DNA of 64,000 nucleotides from a virus (Duplodnaviria > Caudoviricetes): IMG/VR virus record IMGVR_UViG_3300006204_000007, positions 14,960 to 78,959 of that record, one strand, 5' to 3'. Positions 27,680-37,271 of the stretch are shown here, one piece after another. The position numbers were made by a program, and so were the translations under genes. Positions within the stretch are counted from its first letter, which is position 1, and each line of letters opens with the position of its first letter. Below the pieces are notes generated by a model. It was not told the origin of the DNA. It worked only from the letters and a program-made list of their open reading frames with translations, and searched no databases.

Positions 27680-28477
27680 TTAGCAGTTGCCGCACTGACC
27701 GCAGTTACCGCCCCAACCGCCGCCATTGAACTGCCCACAGCAATTTGTCGGGAAAGTTACCTGCGCCGGTGGCTGTACGACATATGCCGGAATCGGACAG
27801 TCGTTGCCGGTTCTGCGGATAATCTGCGCCGTGTTAGCGTCCATAGCTGCCATAAGGGTAGCGTTCTGATTCGCCTGGGATGCTGCAAGTTTAAGCGTCT
27901 GATTCTCTGCCTGTAAGTCAGAAATCTTCTCCTGGCACAGATAGTCAAGGATTGCCCTTGTTCCTGCGTTCTGACTGTCGATAATGTCACGTGTGTTTAC
28001 ATTCATGGTATTCTGCAAATCGCATGTATTCTTTGCCATGTTGTAATTTACACCGTCAATCGCACGCTGCGTCTGGCAGCAGCAGTCGGAAAGCTGGCTG
28101 GAAAGATTGCAGAACCCACGTTCAACACCATTGAATCCCTGCATCATTCCCATCTGCGTGCTGTTGAATCCACTGTTTACTGCGTTTGTGAGGGCGTAAG
28201 TGCTGTCGCAAATGCCCTGCTGAATGGCAGTAATACCGCTCTGCAAGTTGTTGAGGGCGAATCCCTCGTTGATGTCTGCACGAGTCAAAGCTCCCTGAAG
28301 TCCTGCTGCATTGCCGCTAAAACCGCCACCAAAGCCGCCAAAACCTCCCCAACCGAACATGCCAAAGATTAAGAAAAGGATAATCCATGCTCCCCAATCT
28401 CCGCCAAATCCGTTGTTTCCATTGTTATATCCGGCAGGCTCTACCGGCATAGTCATAGGTACTCCTGATTCCATCAT
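27680..28477 (-). CDS. Gly-rich hydrophobic leader plus Asn/Gln-rich coiled-coil protein with Cys clusters
   Basis: GFGGDWGAWIILFLIFGMFGWGGFGG; DCCCQTQ; C-terminal NCCG...NCGQCGNC. Confidence 0.85.
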   Translation of the reverse strand: MMESGVPMTMPVEPAGYNNGNNGFGGDWGAWIILFLIFGMFGWGGFGGFGGGFSGNAAGLQGALTRADINEGFALNNLQSGITAIQQGICDSTYALTNAVNSGFNSTQMGMMQGFNGVERGFCNLSSQLSDCCCQTQRAIDGVNYNMAKNTCDLQNTMNVNTRDIIDSQNAGTRAILDYLCQEKISDLQAENQTLKLAASQANQNATLMAAMDANTAQIIRRTGNDCPIPAYVVQPPAQVTFPTNCCGQFNGGGWGGNCGQCGNC

Positions 28478-28526
28478 GTTTTTACTCCTTGAAATTTATT
28501 TACAAACTTTGCGCAAAGTTATGTAT

Positions 28527-28739
28527 CTACTTAAAAAATCCTTTAAACATCCCCTGCATTTGCTGGGCTTGCTGCTGCACTTGGTTAAGCTGCTGCTGGC
28601 TTACCTTCCCGGATTGAAGCAGCTTATTTATTTCCTCCTGCGGGTTTTTGCCTTTCATTTCCTGCATAAAGCGTTGGAACTGCTGAAACATGTTTCCGCT
28701 ACCCTGACCGCCCATAGCACTGAAAACCGGACTATTCAT
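28527..28739 (-). CDS. 70-aa Gln/Met-rich protein
   Basis: ATG 28739 overlaps the upstream stop; QQQLNQVQQQAQQMQ. Confidence 0.75.
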   Translation of the reverse strand: MNSPVFSAMGGQGSGNMFQQFQRFMQEMKGKNPQEEINKLLQSGKVSQQQLNQVQQQAQQMQGMFKGFFK

Positions 28740-29280
28740 TAGCATTTCCTCCCTTATTTCTTGGCTTGCTTGTTCCTGCCTCTGTTCTCTTGGTATCATC
28801 AGAAGTTGAAACACTGGCAGGAAAGTTATTCAGCTTGTCTAAAATCTCCATGTATTTACCCTGTAAATCGTCGTATTCCGCTCTTGTGACATATTTACCG
28901 TCTAAATTTATTTGAGCCGGATTTGGGGCTTGTGGCACGTTCTGCGGTGTGTTTTGTGTGCGCTCTGTATAATCAAATACCCTAAGTGGCAACGGAATCC
29001 CAGAAGCGTCTGCCGATTTGATGTAAAAAACGGGTGATTCGCTATCCATTAGCAAAACCGATTGCCCGTTTGCAATCATCCAACTTTTTGCTGCCGCCTC
29101 TCCTTGTACATAAGCCCAGGACTGTGTAGACTGCGGTTGCTGATTGATCTGTGGTGCCTGAGGCGGATATTGCTGTGATTGGTACTGCTGCGCCTGTAAC
29201 TGCGCCAGCCTGTCCATAGGCGGCTGCACCTGCTGTTGGTATGGATTAAAATAATTTGGATTCATAAAAGGTTGTGCCAT
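28732..29280 (-). CDS. Gln/Pro-rich protein with a small folded central domain
   Basis: GGAGG RBS before ATG 29280; YVQGEAAAKSW...LLMDSESPVFYIKS core. Confidence 0.8.
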   Translation of the reverse strand: MAQPFMNPNYFNPYQQQVQPPMDRLAQLQAQQYQSQQYPPQAPQINQQPQSTQSWAYVQGEAAAKSWMIANGQSVLLMDSESPVFYIKSADASGIPLPLRVFDYTERTQNTPQNVPQAPNPAQINLDGKYVTRAEYDDLQGKYMEILDKLNNFPASVSTSDDTKRTEAGTSKPRNKGGNANE

Positions 29281-29381
29281 CTGAACGCCCTCCGATTTCT
29301 TTCTATGGGTAAATTTTCGCATAAAAATAGAGGATTTCCCATACTCGGAAAACCCTCGTTTTTGTTGCGTTTTTTATTCAA

Positions 29382-29654
29382 TTATTCTCCGTATTTATCG
29401 CGGTATTTCTTGAAAAATGCTTCTTTAAGTGGCAATACCTTTATAATCTTTTCGGTGACGGATTCAGAAAGCTTGTTGATTTTAGTCATGCAATATCCCA
29501 TTTTCCCGGCGATTTCTTCAAAGCTCATTCCGTCGCCTTCATTCCTTAAATCAAAGAACATGGATTCGTCAGGTGTGAAATTACACTCATTTCTAAAAAG
29601 TTCTAATTCCCATTTAACAAATCCTTCGACTTCTTTTTCTTTCTTCTTCCTCAT
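29382..29654 (-). CDS. LuxR/sigma-region-4-like HTH protein
   Basis: NFTPDE..FFDLR...MSFEEIAGKMGYC...INKLS pattern. Confidence 0.6.
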   Translation of the reverse strand: MRKKKEKEVEGFVKWELELFRNECNFTPDESMFFDLRNEGDGMSFEEIAGKMGYCMTKINKLSESVTEKIIKVLPLKEAFFKKYRDKYGE

Positions 29655-29677
29655 GCCACCGCTACTTTCTTTTCTTC

Positions 29678-29971
29678 TTAGTTCCCCTGGTTCTGCCCTT
29701 CTTCTTGCTTCTTATCTTCTGTCCCATTATGCACATCACCTTCAATCTCTTTGTTGTAGTAATTATATCCCTCGCCGTCCTGTGATACATAGTCATAGGA
29801 CTGGAACACATACAACCAAGCCATATTTGTTCCAACAAGCAGTACGATAAGCAGAATAATCACAATCCACATTGTTTTAAGTTGCTTAACCAGTGCGCCT
29901 AATACATCTGTTGCACTGTTTTCTTTTTCCTTCACATTATCCCTATTTTCCAACTTCTTCCCCTCCTGCAT
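29678..29971 (-). CDS. Single-pass membrane protein
   Basis: WIVIILLIVLLVGTNMAWLYVF segment. Confidence 0.7.
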   Translation of the reverse strand: MQEGKKLENRDNVKEKENSATDVLGALVKQLKTMWIVIILLIVLLVGTNMAWLYVFQSYDYVSQDGEGYNYYNKEIEGDVHNGTEDKKQEEGQNQGN

Positions 29972-30212
29972 TTTCCCTTGAAATAATCAGATTTTTGTCT
30001 ATCAAAAGCGCAAACGGACACACAATCCCGATTAGTACAGTTCCAAACAAATCAATCAATTCTTTGTTTTCCATTCCCAAACCTCCAATATGTATTAGCG
30101 GACTCATCCCTTATGCAACTACTATATCCGCTATGTGGTCGCCCTCATTATTGCTCGACCCTCTCCCGCTCTGTATTTCCCTCATTATAGCAATTTTATG
30201 GAGGGGTTGCAA

Positions 30213-30428
30213 TCAGTCTTTCTGATTTTTAAGCACATCTATCGCCATATCTATATATTCTATAGTTTCCTGCTCATTTTCTTTCCTTACATTAATTTGT
30301 CCTGTTTTTCTTATTGCGCATTTAAACGCACCTAATACAACGATAGCTGTATCTATGCTTTTATCTCCTATCATCATACTCTTTTCCTCTCCCAAAAATA
30401 AATAACACTCTTGCCGCCGCTGTCCCAT
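30213..30428 (-). CDS. Small hypothetical protein
   Basis: Operon-consistent ORF; start probably at an internal Met. Confidence 0.5.
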   Translation of the reverse strand: MGQRRQECYLFLGEEKSMMIGDKSIDTAIVVLGAFKCAIRKTGQINVRKENEQETIEYIDMAIDVLKNQKD

Positions 30429-30781
30429 GTGTCCCAGTATTTTCCGTCTACCACCGTCACCACATGACCGTCAAGTCCAAGGACGTATGTACCATGTGGA
30501 AAGTTGCAGCAGAATTTGTAAACGTCCATAGGGTAATCCGGCTCATAGCGCACATAGCCATTGTCTGCCAGATATTCACCCCATACCTTATTGGCAGACA
30601 GAACATCCTTTTGACGGTATGCAATTTGTACAAGGTCGTCAAAGACTTCGTTCCATGTGCGCCCCGTAGCCTTGCAGCACGCACGAATGGCGCAATCGCC
30701 GACTCGCTTACCGGGTATGGGGTTGGGATTATATTTAATCCATGCGTTCATCATCATACCCCCATATATATCCATCTCCAA
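30374..30781 (-). CDS. Conserved phage protein with possible Cys-His-Asp catalytic residues
   Basis: NPNP...GDCAIRA...GHVVTVVDGKYWDTWDSG. Confidence 0.7.
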   Translation of the reverse strand: MEMDIYGGMMMNAWIKYNPNPIPGKRVGDCAIRACCKATGRTWNEVFDDLVQIAYRQKDVLSANKVWGEYLADNGYVRYEPDYPMDVYKFCCNFPHGTYVLGLDGHVVTVVDGKYWDTWDSGGKSVIYFWERKRV

Positions 30782-31271
30782 TTCCCGCTCTGCACCATAA
30801 CGGAATTATGTGTTTTGGATATTTTAATAAATCCGATGCAATACTTGCAGAACGGTATTTTGCAATCAGAACACCATCTAATGTTTTCTGATAAATTGGT
30901 TTTGATTTGGTATCAATAGCTCTCTTTTTTGCTGTACCGTAATTGTTATTATACTGATATGTACACCATTCAAGATTGGAAACAATGTTATTAAGTTTGT
31001 TTTCATCTTTATGATTTACGCATGGTAAGTTTTCGGGATTAGGAATAAAGGTTTCAGCAACAAGCCTATGAACTTGAAACTTTCTTCTGGTTCTGTCCTT
31101 TAAGTATAATGTCACAGTATGATATCCAGAATTTATCATAGTAGGCTTTAAATAAAACTCTTTCGGATTACCAAATTTTGAGCTTTCCCGAAAACTCTTT
31201 ACCCTTCCAAGATTGCTGACCTGATACAATCCCTCATATCCTTTTACATCTTTCCAAATTTCCTCGCTCAT
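30735..31271 (-). CDS. NUMOD4-HNH homing endonuclease
   Basis: EIWKDVKGYEGLYQVSNLGRVKS; VHRLVA...VNHKDENKLNN..SNLEWCT. Confidence 0.92.
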   Translation of the reverse strand: MSEEIWKDVKGYEGLYQVSNLGRVKSFRESSKFGNPKEFYLKPTMINSGYHTVTLYLKDRTRRKFQVHRLVAETFIPNPENLPCVNHKDENKLNNIVSNLEWCTYQYNNNYGTAKKRAIDTKSKPIYQKTLDGVLIAKYRSASIASDLLKYPKHIIPLWCRAGIGDGYIWGYDDERMD

Positions 31272-31291
31272 CTTCCCTACCTCCTACCACA

Positions 31292-31324
31292 ATTTTACAA
31301 CAGATTCGGGCGGGGGTTGTACCA
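31292..31324 (-). promoter_or_regulatory. TGGTACAA-N19-TAAAAT promoter
   Basis: Box 31317..31324, -10 at 31292..31297. Confidence 0.8.
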
Positions 31325-31326
31325 TT

Positions 31327-31560
31327 TTAAGCATACTCTCCATCGTTCCGCTTATTCCATGCCCTACGTGCCCCGTTCTTGGTGGTATGCCAGTTTCCCA
31401 TTTTTCCGTATGGATTTTCCCAACAGCACATATATTTATGCTCGTCTCCTACTGTGTGCATATGGGGATAATTCCCACAATAGCGACATTTTTCAAGCCT
31501 TACTTTCACTTTTATATCTCCTTGCGCCCTGATTCGCTTGCTTTGTCTGCTCCCTGTCAA
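31327..31560 (-). CDS. Small Cys-containing hypothetical protein (Lar-like end)
   Basis: CRYCG...ARRAWNKR. Confidence 0.45.
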   Translation of the reverse strand: MTGSRQSKRIRAQGDIKVKVRLEKCRYCGNYPHMHTVGDEHKYMCCWENPYGKMGNWHTTKNGARRAWNKRNDGEYA

Positions 31561-32752
31561 AATCAGCCACCTTTATGCGGTCATACTGCGGCTGTAAATC
31601 GTTCTGTTTGCAGAAATCGTTGTATGCCTTGTTTTTCTGTGTCAGTTGGTAGGCCATGCGGTCATAATCCCTCTGCAATATCTCCTTAACGTCCGTTTCT
31701 GCCACGCCTGCGATTTCCTGCTCTTTGACAATCAGCTTTCTTTTCCATGCCCGCAGGCTCCGCTCCATAGCACGCTGTTTCTGTTGGAGTTCATACCGCT
31801 TTTTGTTTTCCTCGCTGTCTATTTTCAGATTGCCTTTTTCGTCCACATAGGGATTGCGTAAGTGTGGATCCCAAGGCTTGTGTGAATGCCTGCAATTATA
31901 TCCATGAAGCGACAGCGGATTTGTGACAGTTCCTTGTCCTGTTTTCGGGTCTATCCTATATCCAGTAGATTCAAGCATATTAGGATATCCTGGTTCACTT
32001 CCAGTAATCTTATATGCTTTACCCTGCCACGATGAATGGTCTGCTATTGGCGGCTGTCCTTTTTGCGCCACTCTTGCCCCTAAATGCGCCGATACAAGGA
32101 CATATTCAATTCCACCCTCAACTATGTATTGATTTGTCACTTGCGCCGCCGTCTGATTCATTGATGTGACAACGCACAATCTAACCGCCGCTTCCAATGT
32201 GCGCCTTGTGCCGCTCGGATAGTCCACATAGATTCCCCGTCCGGCGTATCTATCCAAAATATCACACACCGCCGCAGAATAGCTTTGTACGCCTGCCGCC
32301 ACTCGCAGATCAGCTTCATCAAGCATATTGATAAGGTCAATCTGCGACTGCTTCATGGTTGTGCGTGTGAGGTTTGTCAGTTCTTCCAAACTCTTTTTAA
32401 ATTCAGCGTCCATAACACGGATTACAGCGGCATTTTCAAGCGGATGGGATAATTCTATGCTTAACTGCCCTAAAGTCGTTCTATCGTCCTCCCATGAGGT
32501 CAGAACAGCGTCTTGCAGGAGTGAACGCAACTCTTTCTGTGTCAGTCCCGTTAAGGTCTGCAATTTCTGTTCAATCGCCGCTTGACTCTCGCCCATCTGC
32601 TTTAACTTCCAGATAAGGCGGTCGGCGGTTGCGGTCATTTCCCCGGCGGAGAGTAGGCGGCGGGTGATGTCTTTGAGGATAAAGTCTTCTAATTGGCGGT
32701 ATAATTCAAGAAGACGGTCTTCTTTGTTGGTGAAGTAGTCTGGTGTGAGCAT
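31493..32752 (-). CDS. Minor capsid/head morphogenesis protein (Phage_min_cap2-like)
   Basis: MLTPDY...VSAHLGAR...H.SWQGK...NCRHS motifs. Confidence 0.88.
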   Translation of the reverse strand: MLTPDYFTNKEDRLLELYRQLEDFILKDITRRLLSAGEMTATADRLIWKLKQMGESQAAIEQKLQTLTGLTQKELRSLLQDAVLTSWEDDRTTLGQLSIELSHPLENAAVIRVMDAEFKKSLEELTNLTRTTMKQSQIDLINMLDEADLRVAAGVQSYSAAVCDILDRYAGRGIYVDYPSGTRRTLEAAVRLCVVTSMNQTAAQVTNQYIVEGGIEYVLVSAHLGARVAQKGQPPIADHSSWQGKAYKITGSEPGYPNMLESTGYRIDPKTGQGTVTNPLSLHGYNCRHSHKPWDPHLRNPYVDEKGNLKIDSEENKKRYELQQKQRAMERSLRAWKRKLIVKEQEIAGVAETDVKEILQRDYDRMAYQLTQKNKAYNDFCKQNDLQPQYDRIKVADFDREQTKQANQGARRYKSESKA

Positions 32753-33078
32753 TACTTTATTTCCTCATATCCGCAACTATCGCATTTTCCTTTAAATGTA
32801 TATGCGTTATTCACATGACCGCAATTCGGACACAAAAAACCGCCTTGCTCGGCAGTTCCAACGCTTTCAAATCTCATGTGCTTGCAGTTTTCTTTCCACC
32901 AAACAGATTGTCTTAAAAAGTCAACCTCTGCCTTTCTTTTTTCAGAATCCAATTTGCTAGAACACATTTCGCAAACATCAAGGTCTTTACTTCTTCCACC
33001 ACTATAAGCTAACAAAAGTGTCCTCTTTTTCAAATTCCCTGTTTCTGCTCCGCATATATCGCAAAATGTTCTTGTCAT
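32752..33078 (-). CDS. Zinc-finger hypothetical protein
   Basis: FCDICG, CEMC, CPNCG, CDSCG. Confidence 0.6.
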   Translation of the reverse strand: MTRTFCDICGAETGNLKKRTLLLAYSGGRSKDLDVCEMCSSKLDSEKRKAEVDFLRQSVWWKENCKHMRFESVGTAEQGGFLCPNCGHVNNAYTFKGKCDSCGYEEIK

Positions 33079-33122
33079 TCCCCTACTCCTTTCCTGCTGT
33101 CCTCTTGACTAAATCTATCCAT

Positions 33123-33575
33123 TCATTTCATAAACACAAGCCAACGGGTTTTTGACCGCTTATCTCCAAACAACGGCTTAAAATCAATGTTGGCCAATAT
33201 TTCAGAAGTCTTTATTTGTTCCTCATTCCACTTAAAAATCAATACTCCATCTGTTTTTAGCACCCTCATGCACTCCTTAAATCCTGCCCTTATGTATGGT
33301 TTCCAATCAGCAGGAAGAACGCCATACTTTTTGGCCAACCACGAATTTTCCCCAGCGTGGAGTAAATGCGGAGGGTCAAAGACAACCATTTTGAAAGATT
33401 CATCGTCAAACGGCATATTTCTAAAGTCCATTTTCACATCCGGCTTGATAACCAATTTCCGGCCATCACACAAGGTTGTTTCTAATTCTCTGTTATCTGC
33501 AAATACAACGTCCGTATTTTCTTTATCAAACCAAAACATTCTTGAACCGCAACAAGCATCTAAAATTCTTTCCAT
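33123..33575 (-). CDS. Small class I SAM-dependent (probable DNA adenine) methyltransferase
   Basis: ILDACCGSRMFWFDK; VVFDPPH; RVLK..GVLIFKW. Confidence 0.85.
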   Translation of the reverse strand: MERILDACCGSRMFWFDKENTDVVFADNRELETTLCDGRKLVIKPDVKMDFRNMPFDDESFKMVVFDPPHLLHAGENSWLAKKYGVLPADWKPYIRAGFKECMRVLKTDGVLIFKWNEEQIKTSEILANIDFKPLFGDKRSKTRWLVFMK

Positions 33576-33672
33576 ATTGCACTTCCTTTCTGCAATGCTC
33601 CTAAATAGTTAAAGCGTGAGGAAACGGTTAGGAATTACCGCTTTCTCCCCGTCGGGATATCCTCACACTTTA

Positions 33673-33705
33673 ATTTTAATATAAATTGCAGATTCAGTTG
33701 TACCA
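33673..33705 (-). promoter_or_regulatory. TGGTACAA-N19-TAAAAT promoter
   Basis: Box 33698..33705, -10 at 33673..33678. Confidence 0.8.
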
Positions 33706-33707
33706 TT

Positions 33708-34145
33708 TTAACCTCTGCCGGCGGTCTGTTTAACAAGCCGTACCCATTCAGAGCCATGTATGCGCTTTGCTTCCTCGAAAAAGTGGTCTGTCGTTCCGGG
33801 AGTATGGAATTGCATTTTTCTATCCGTCTTTTGCTTTTTCTTTCCCGGCGGTGAAAACCAACCAGTAATATTTCCTGCGCTATCCTTAATCGGTATATTG
33901 GGAGTGAATACGAATCCTTCGTAAACTGCGTGTGCATAAGGTGTGTTATACTCAATCTCGCCGCCGTATATCCCCTGCGGATAGTTCACGCTATTCCGCA
34001 ATGCTCCCTGTTGGAATGGTATCAGAGGGTCGCAGTCGGCTACTACCTGCATATTTAATAGCTTCTGTGCTTCTTTCAGATTGCGTTGCAACCTTGCATC
34101 AGTTATATCAATATCGACATTCCCTATATGCTGTCTAATCCTCAT
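33708..34145 (-). CDS. Minor capsid/tail-completion protein (A118 Gp10/HK97 gp10-like)
   Basis: IPFQQGALRNS...YNTPYAH...HWF-type ending (TTDHFFE). Confidence 0.75.
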   Translation of the reverse strand: MRIRQHIGNVDIDITDARLQRNLKEAQKLLNMQVVADCDPLIPFQQGALRNSVNYPQGIYGGEIEYNTPYAHAVYEGFVFTPNIPIKDSAGNITGWFSPPGKKKQKTDRKMQFHTPGTTDHFFEEAKRIHGSEWVRLVKQTAGRG

Positions 34146-34149
34146 AAAA

Positions 34150-34335
34150 TCACGCTTTCTGTTCCATATAAATTCCGTTCACGCAACCACTACAAAACTC
34201 AAGTTCTCCGCACCATTCTAAACAACACCAAAGATGTGGCATTTTATATTCTTCTGCACATTTTTTACAAACGCCCATATCTGGATTTTTTGCATATCTG
34301 CAAACCTCATTTGGGTTATTATCGAATTCACTCAT
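34150..34335 (-). CDS. Small Cys-rich protein
   Basis: Nine Cys in 61 aa; fills the operon gap. Confidence 0.5.
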   Translation of the reverse strand: MSEFDNNPNEVCRYAKNPDMGVCKKCAEEYKMPHLWCCLEWCGELEFCSGCVNGIYMEQKA

Positions 34336-34338
34336 TCC

Positions 34339-35805
34339 TTATTCCTCCCCAAACAATCCATCTTTCGGCTCATTCTCGCTCTTTGCTTCTGCCACAATAT
34401 CCCGCGCCGCTTCTTCCGTGAACCCTTCATTATGCACCAGATAATACCACTTAGGATAAAAGCCCTTATCTGTCAGCAACAACGCCCTTGACCTATCTTC
34501 CTCCGCATTTCTCGTGAGGTCTGCAAAGTCCGCATATATTTCATAGTTCCCAAACTCACTAGGAGCCGATTCCCCGTTGATAACAGACATAGCGTCCATT
34601 ATATAGGCTATGTCATGAATCGCCCCTATGCGCCCATCTCCGTTGCTGTCAGGGCATGATAGAATGTCCCGGTAATCTCCCACGGTGTTAATTGTACGCC
34701 GCTCCGTTGCTTCTACCTGGGTAGCAGTAGCAACGGAAATAGTCTGACCGTTAAAGACGAAATATCCAGGGTCAAACCCGGTCTTGTAAGAAATGATAGA
34801 AAGCAGGAAATTTATTCCGTCCGTCCGGCTTGCAACTTGCAGAGTTGGCTGCCACTGCTCAAATGACTTATCAGTCATATCGTCCAGTCCGGTCTTGAGT
34901 ACCATTCTCGGAAGTTCAATCCCGTTTGCTTCTGCATACTGTATCGCAGATTGACCGATTATCATTTTCGGCTCGGAATCCTCTGTTTCAACTCCCAGCG
35001 TGGACATTGCAATATCCAGCCAGCGCAGTTCCTCTATGCACTCCGAAAAGCACGATACCCCCAATGGGCTGTCCGGGTCTATGGTGTTGCTGTATGGGTT
35101 CTTTATGTACACGAATAAAGGTTTTTCAAGGTTCTCCGCTGTAAACTCCGGCACAATATCCGCCCACTTTGTATTTTTTAGGTCTGTCGGCCGGCCGATT
35201 TCGTCCTGGTTATCAGAAACAAACGCTTTATTGGAAACTCTGTACACTTTGACAGACACACTCTCCCCGGCTTCGTCCCGGCGTTCTCCGTCCTCGAACC
35301 TGTGCCATTCTGCCCGTGTGTAGAATTTCTTTTCTTTCTGGTAGTATGAGAAAAATATCGCCCCGGTCACTTCCCCATTACTGTCAAATTCAGTCACAAG
35401 AAATCTGTCTGGCGGTATGTAGTCCATACCTTTCCCGTTCCACTTCGCCATAGATCCACCCAACATAACCACATCTTGCATAATCCGCTGGGCATTCTTC
35501 AGGAAATAATCATCAATGCATTTCTGGATTCTTTTTGCGGTTTCCCCAGTTCCATACTTTGACTGCACCTTGATATCAATATTCTGTGTAATCAGCTTAG
35601 CCAGTTCCCGTGCTACGGTGTTGGAAAAGCGTATTGTTCGGGTATCGCCCTTTACCCACGGTGGATTTCCGCTCTCCAACTGCCCCCACAGCTTGATAGC
35701 AGCGTCCATTTCTGGCGACAGGTACGTTTCCACACCGAAAGCCTTTTCAGCGTCCGTTTTAAATAACATTCTTATCTTCTCCTTAAACCATGCGATTAAA
35801 CCCAT
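34339..35805 (-). CDS. Portal protein (A118-like)
   Basis: 488 aa after terminase; SPLGVS and GFDPGYF...ATATQV motifs. Confidence 0.9.
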   Translation of the reverse strand: MGLIAWFKEKIRMLFKTDAEKAFGVETYLSPEMDAAIKLWGQLESGNPPWVKGDTRTIRFSNTVARELAKLITQNIDIKVQSKYGTGETAKRIQKCIDDYFLKNAQRIMQDVVMLGGSMAKWNGKGMDYIPPDRFLVTEFDSNGEVTGAIFFSYYQKEKKFYTRAEWHRFEDGERRDEAGESVSVKVYRVSNKAFVSDNQDEIGRPTDLKNTKWADIVPEFTAENLEKPLFVYIKNPYSNTIDPDSPLGVSCFSECIEELRWLDIAMSTLGVETEDSEPKMIIGQSAIQYAEANGIELPRMVLKTGLDDMTDKSFEQWQPTLQVASRTDGINFLLSIISYKTGFDPGYFVFNGQTISVATATQVEATERRTINTVGDYRDILSCPDSNGDGRIGAIHDIAYIMDAMSVINGESAPSEFGNYEIYADFADLTRNAEEDRSRALLLTDKGFYPKWYYLVHNEGFTEEAARDIVAEAKSENEPKDGLFGEE

Positions 35806-36188
35806 TATTCATCACCTATACAGTCAAGTATAAATTTATGCTTATATACATTCTCCAATTTGGAAATAGCTTTCATATGCCACAATAAAATATCTCCAAA
35901 GCAATCAGGATTAGTTTTGATAAGGCAAATTGTTTGCGTGTCAATTTCTTCAACTTTCCGCTTATTTCTTTCGTACAGACGTAAAATAGGCTCACTTTGA
36001 AGTCTGATTTTATGAATAGGTTTTCCGTCCTTTTCATATCTGATTGAATCACATGTCAACAAACTTTCATTCTTAGTAATTTCAATATCATCATGAGAAA
36101 GAGTTCTTTTTACATCTGTCATGCGCATTTTCCAAATAGAATCATCTATCATTTGCAACTGTTCTGAAAACTTCCCAAATCTCCCCAT
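35805..36188 (-). CDS. AT-rich hypothetical protein
   Basis: Coupled to the portal start. Confidence 0.6.
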   Translation of the reverse strand: MGRFGKFSEQLQMIDDSIWKMRMTDVKRTLSHDDIEITKNESLLTCDSIRYEKDGKPIHKIRLQSEPILRLYERNKRKVEEIDTQTICLIKTNPDCFGDILLWHMKAISKLENVYKHKFILDCIGDE

Positions 36189-36399
36189 AGCATTATAAAT
36201 CTGCTCTGTTGTTATTTATCCTTTTTGGCTGTCGTATAATTCACAAATAGCATTATATACAGATTCATCAAATTCAGAGAGATTCTTTCTATGCTTCTTT
36301 TTTATCTTTATTCCTTTTGGTGGATTATTAAAATCTATGCGTATATCCATTTCCCCATCTCCTAATCAAAATATTCTTTCAACTCCTGCCGCAATCCTT

Positions 36400-36897
36400 T
36401 CAAGGCTCATGGTATGGCTCTGGGAGGGGCATCCAAGCGATAGACACTTCATCTATTTGTGTTCCGTTGCAATTAAACCATACAAAATGGTTAATATCAT
36501 AATCAAATATTCCTTGATGCACTCTGTTTCCGTCACTGACAATAAATCTGCAATCGCTTTTTATACATTCCTCTTTTGTTGGCAATCTATCCTTGCATGG
36601 AATCCACCCGCCGCAATCCTCCGCTGACCGCTCCATATCTGCCAGCTTTGCAGATAAGGCTTCTATGGTGTCGGCGGCTTGATAAAGAATATTAGCGGTT
36701 CCATATATCGCATCTCCACTTGCTTCATGTGCATAGGCGCACGCTTTAATCTCCTTTATCTGTTCACTAATGCTCATTCTGTCCATCCTCCAATCACAGT
36801 TTTTTCTCACATTTAATTGAACAATATTCGCACCTTGCTTTTGGACATGGAGCATTTGTATGTTTGCATGTAAACGCAACGACATTCTTTGGGACAT
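36400..36897 (-). CDS. DUF551-like protein
   Basis: WIPCKDRLP...IAWMPLPEPY. Confidence 0.75.
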   Translation of the reverse strand: MSQRMSLRLHANIQMLHVQKQGANIVQLNVRKNCDWRMDRMSISEQIKEIKACAYAHEASGDAIYGTANILYQAADTIEALSAKLADMERSAEDCGGWIPCKDRLPTKEECIKSDCRFIVSDGNRVHQGIFDYDINHFVWFNCNGTQIDEVSIAWMPLPEPYHEP

Positions 36898-36992
36898 GGC
36901 ACTCCCTATTCTTTCTGTTTACACATAGAAATTTGTCACATATTTCCATTTCCCTATCCTCTCCTTACCACATTGGCAGATGCTTCAAATGC

Positions 36993-37262
36993 CTAACCCC
37001 TTATAACTGACATCATATATCCCAATTCTTTGTGAACATTCCTCACAACGCCCATTCTCTTTTTCTCGTGATTTTGAATCGCTCTCGCCCTTATGTTCCA
37101 ATGTTCAACGGCTTCTTTTTCTGTGTCATACCACTTCTGCACATCATCAGCCGTCATACTCCCTTGCAGAACGTGGTATTCACCATCTTTTTCTGCCAAA
37201 TAAGGCATTCCGTCAAATAAATGACAACGCTCTATCTTCAATATTCTTCCCCTTTCTACCAC
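36993..37262 (-). CDS. Hypothetical protein (degenerate Lar-like)
   Basis: EAVEHWNIR ending; the CxxC motifs are missing. Confidence 0.45.
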   Translation of the reverse strand: MVERGRILKIERCHLFDGMPYLAEKDGEYHVLQGSMTADDVQKWYDTEKEAVEHWNIRARAIQNHEKKRMGVVRNVHKELGYMMSVIRG

Positions 37263-37271
37263 ATAGCCATT

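Noticed and set aside
30735-31271. Group I intron carrying the HNH gene
   Set aside because: The flanking ORFs are not halves of one interrupted gene and no intron core was recognisable; it is a freestanding endonuclease.
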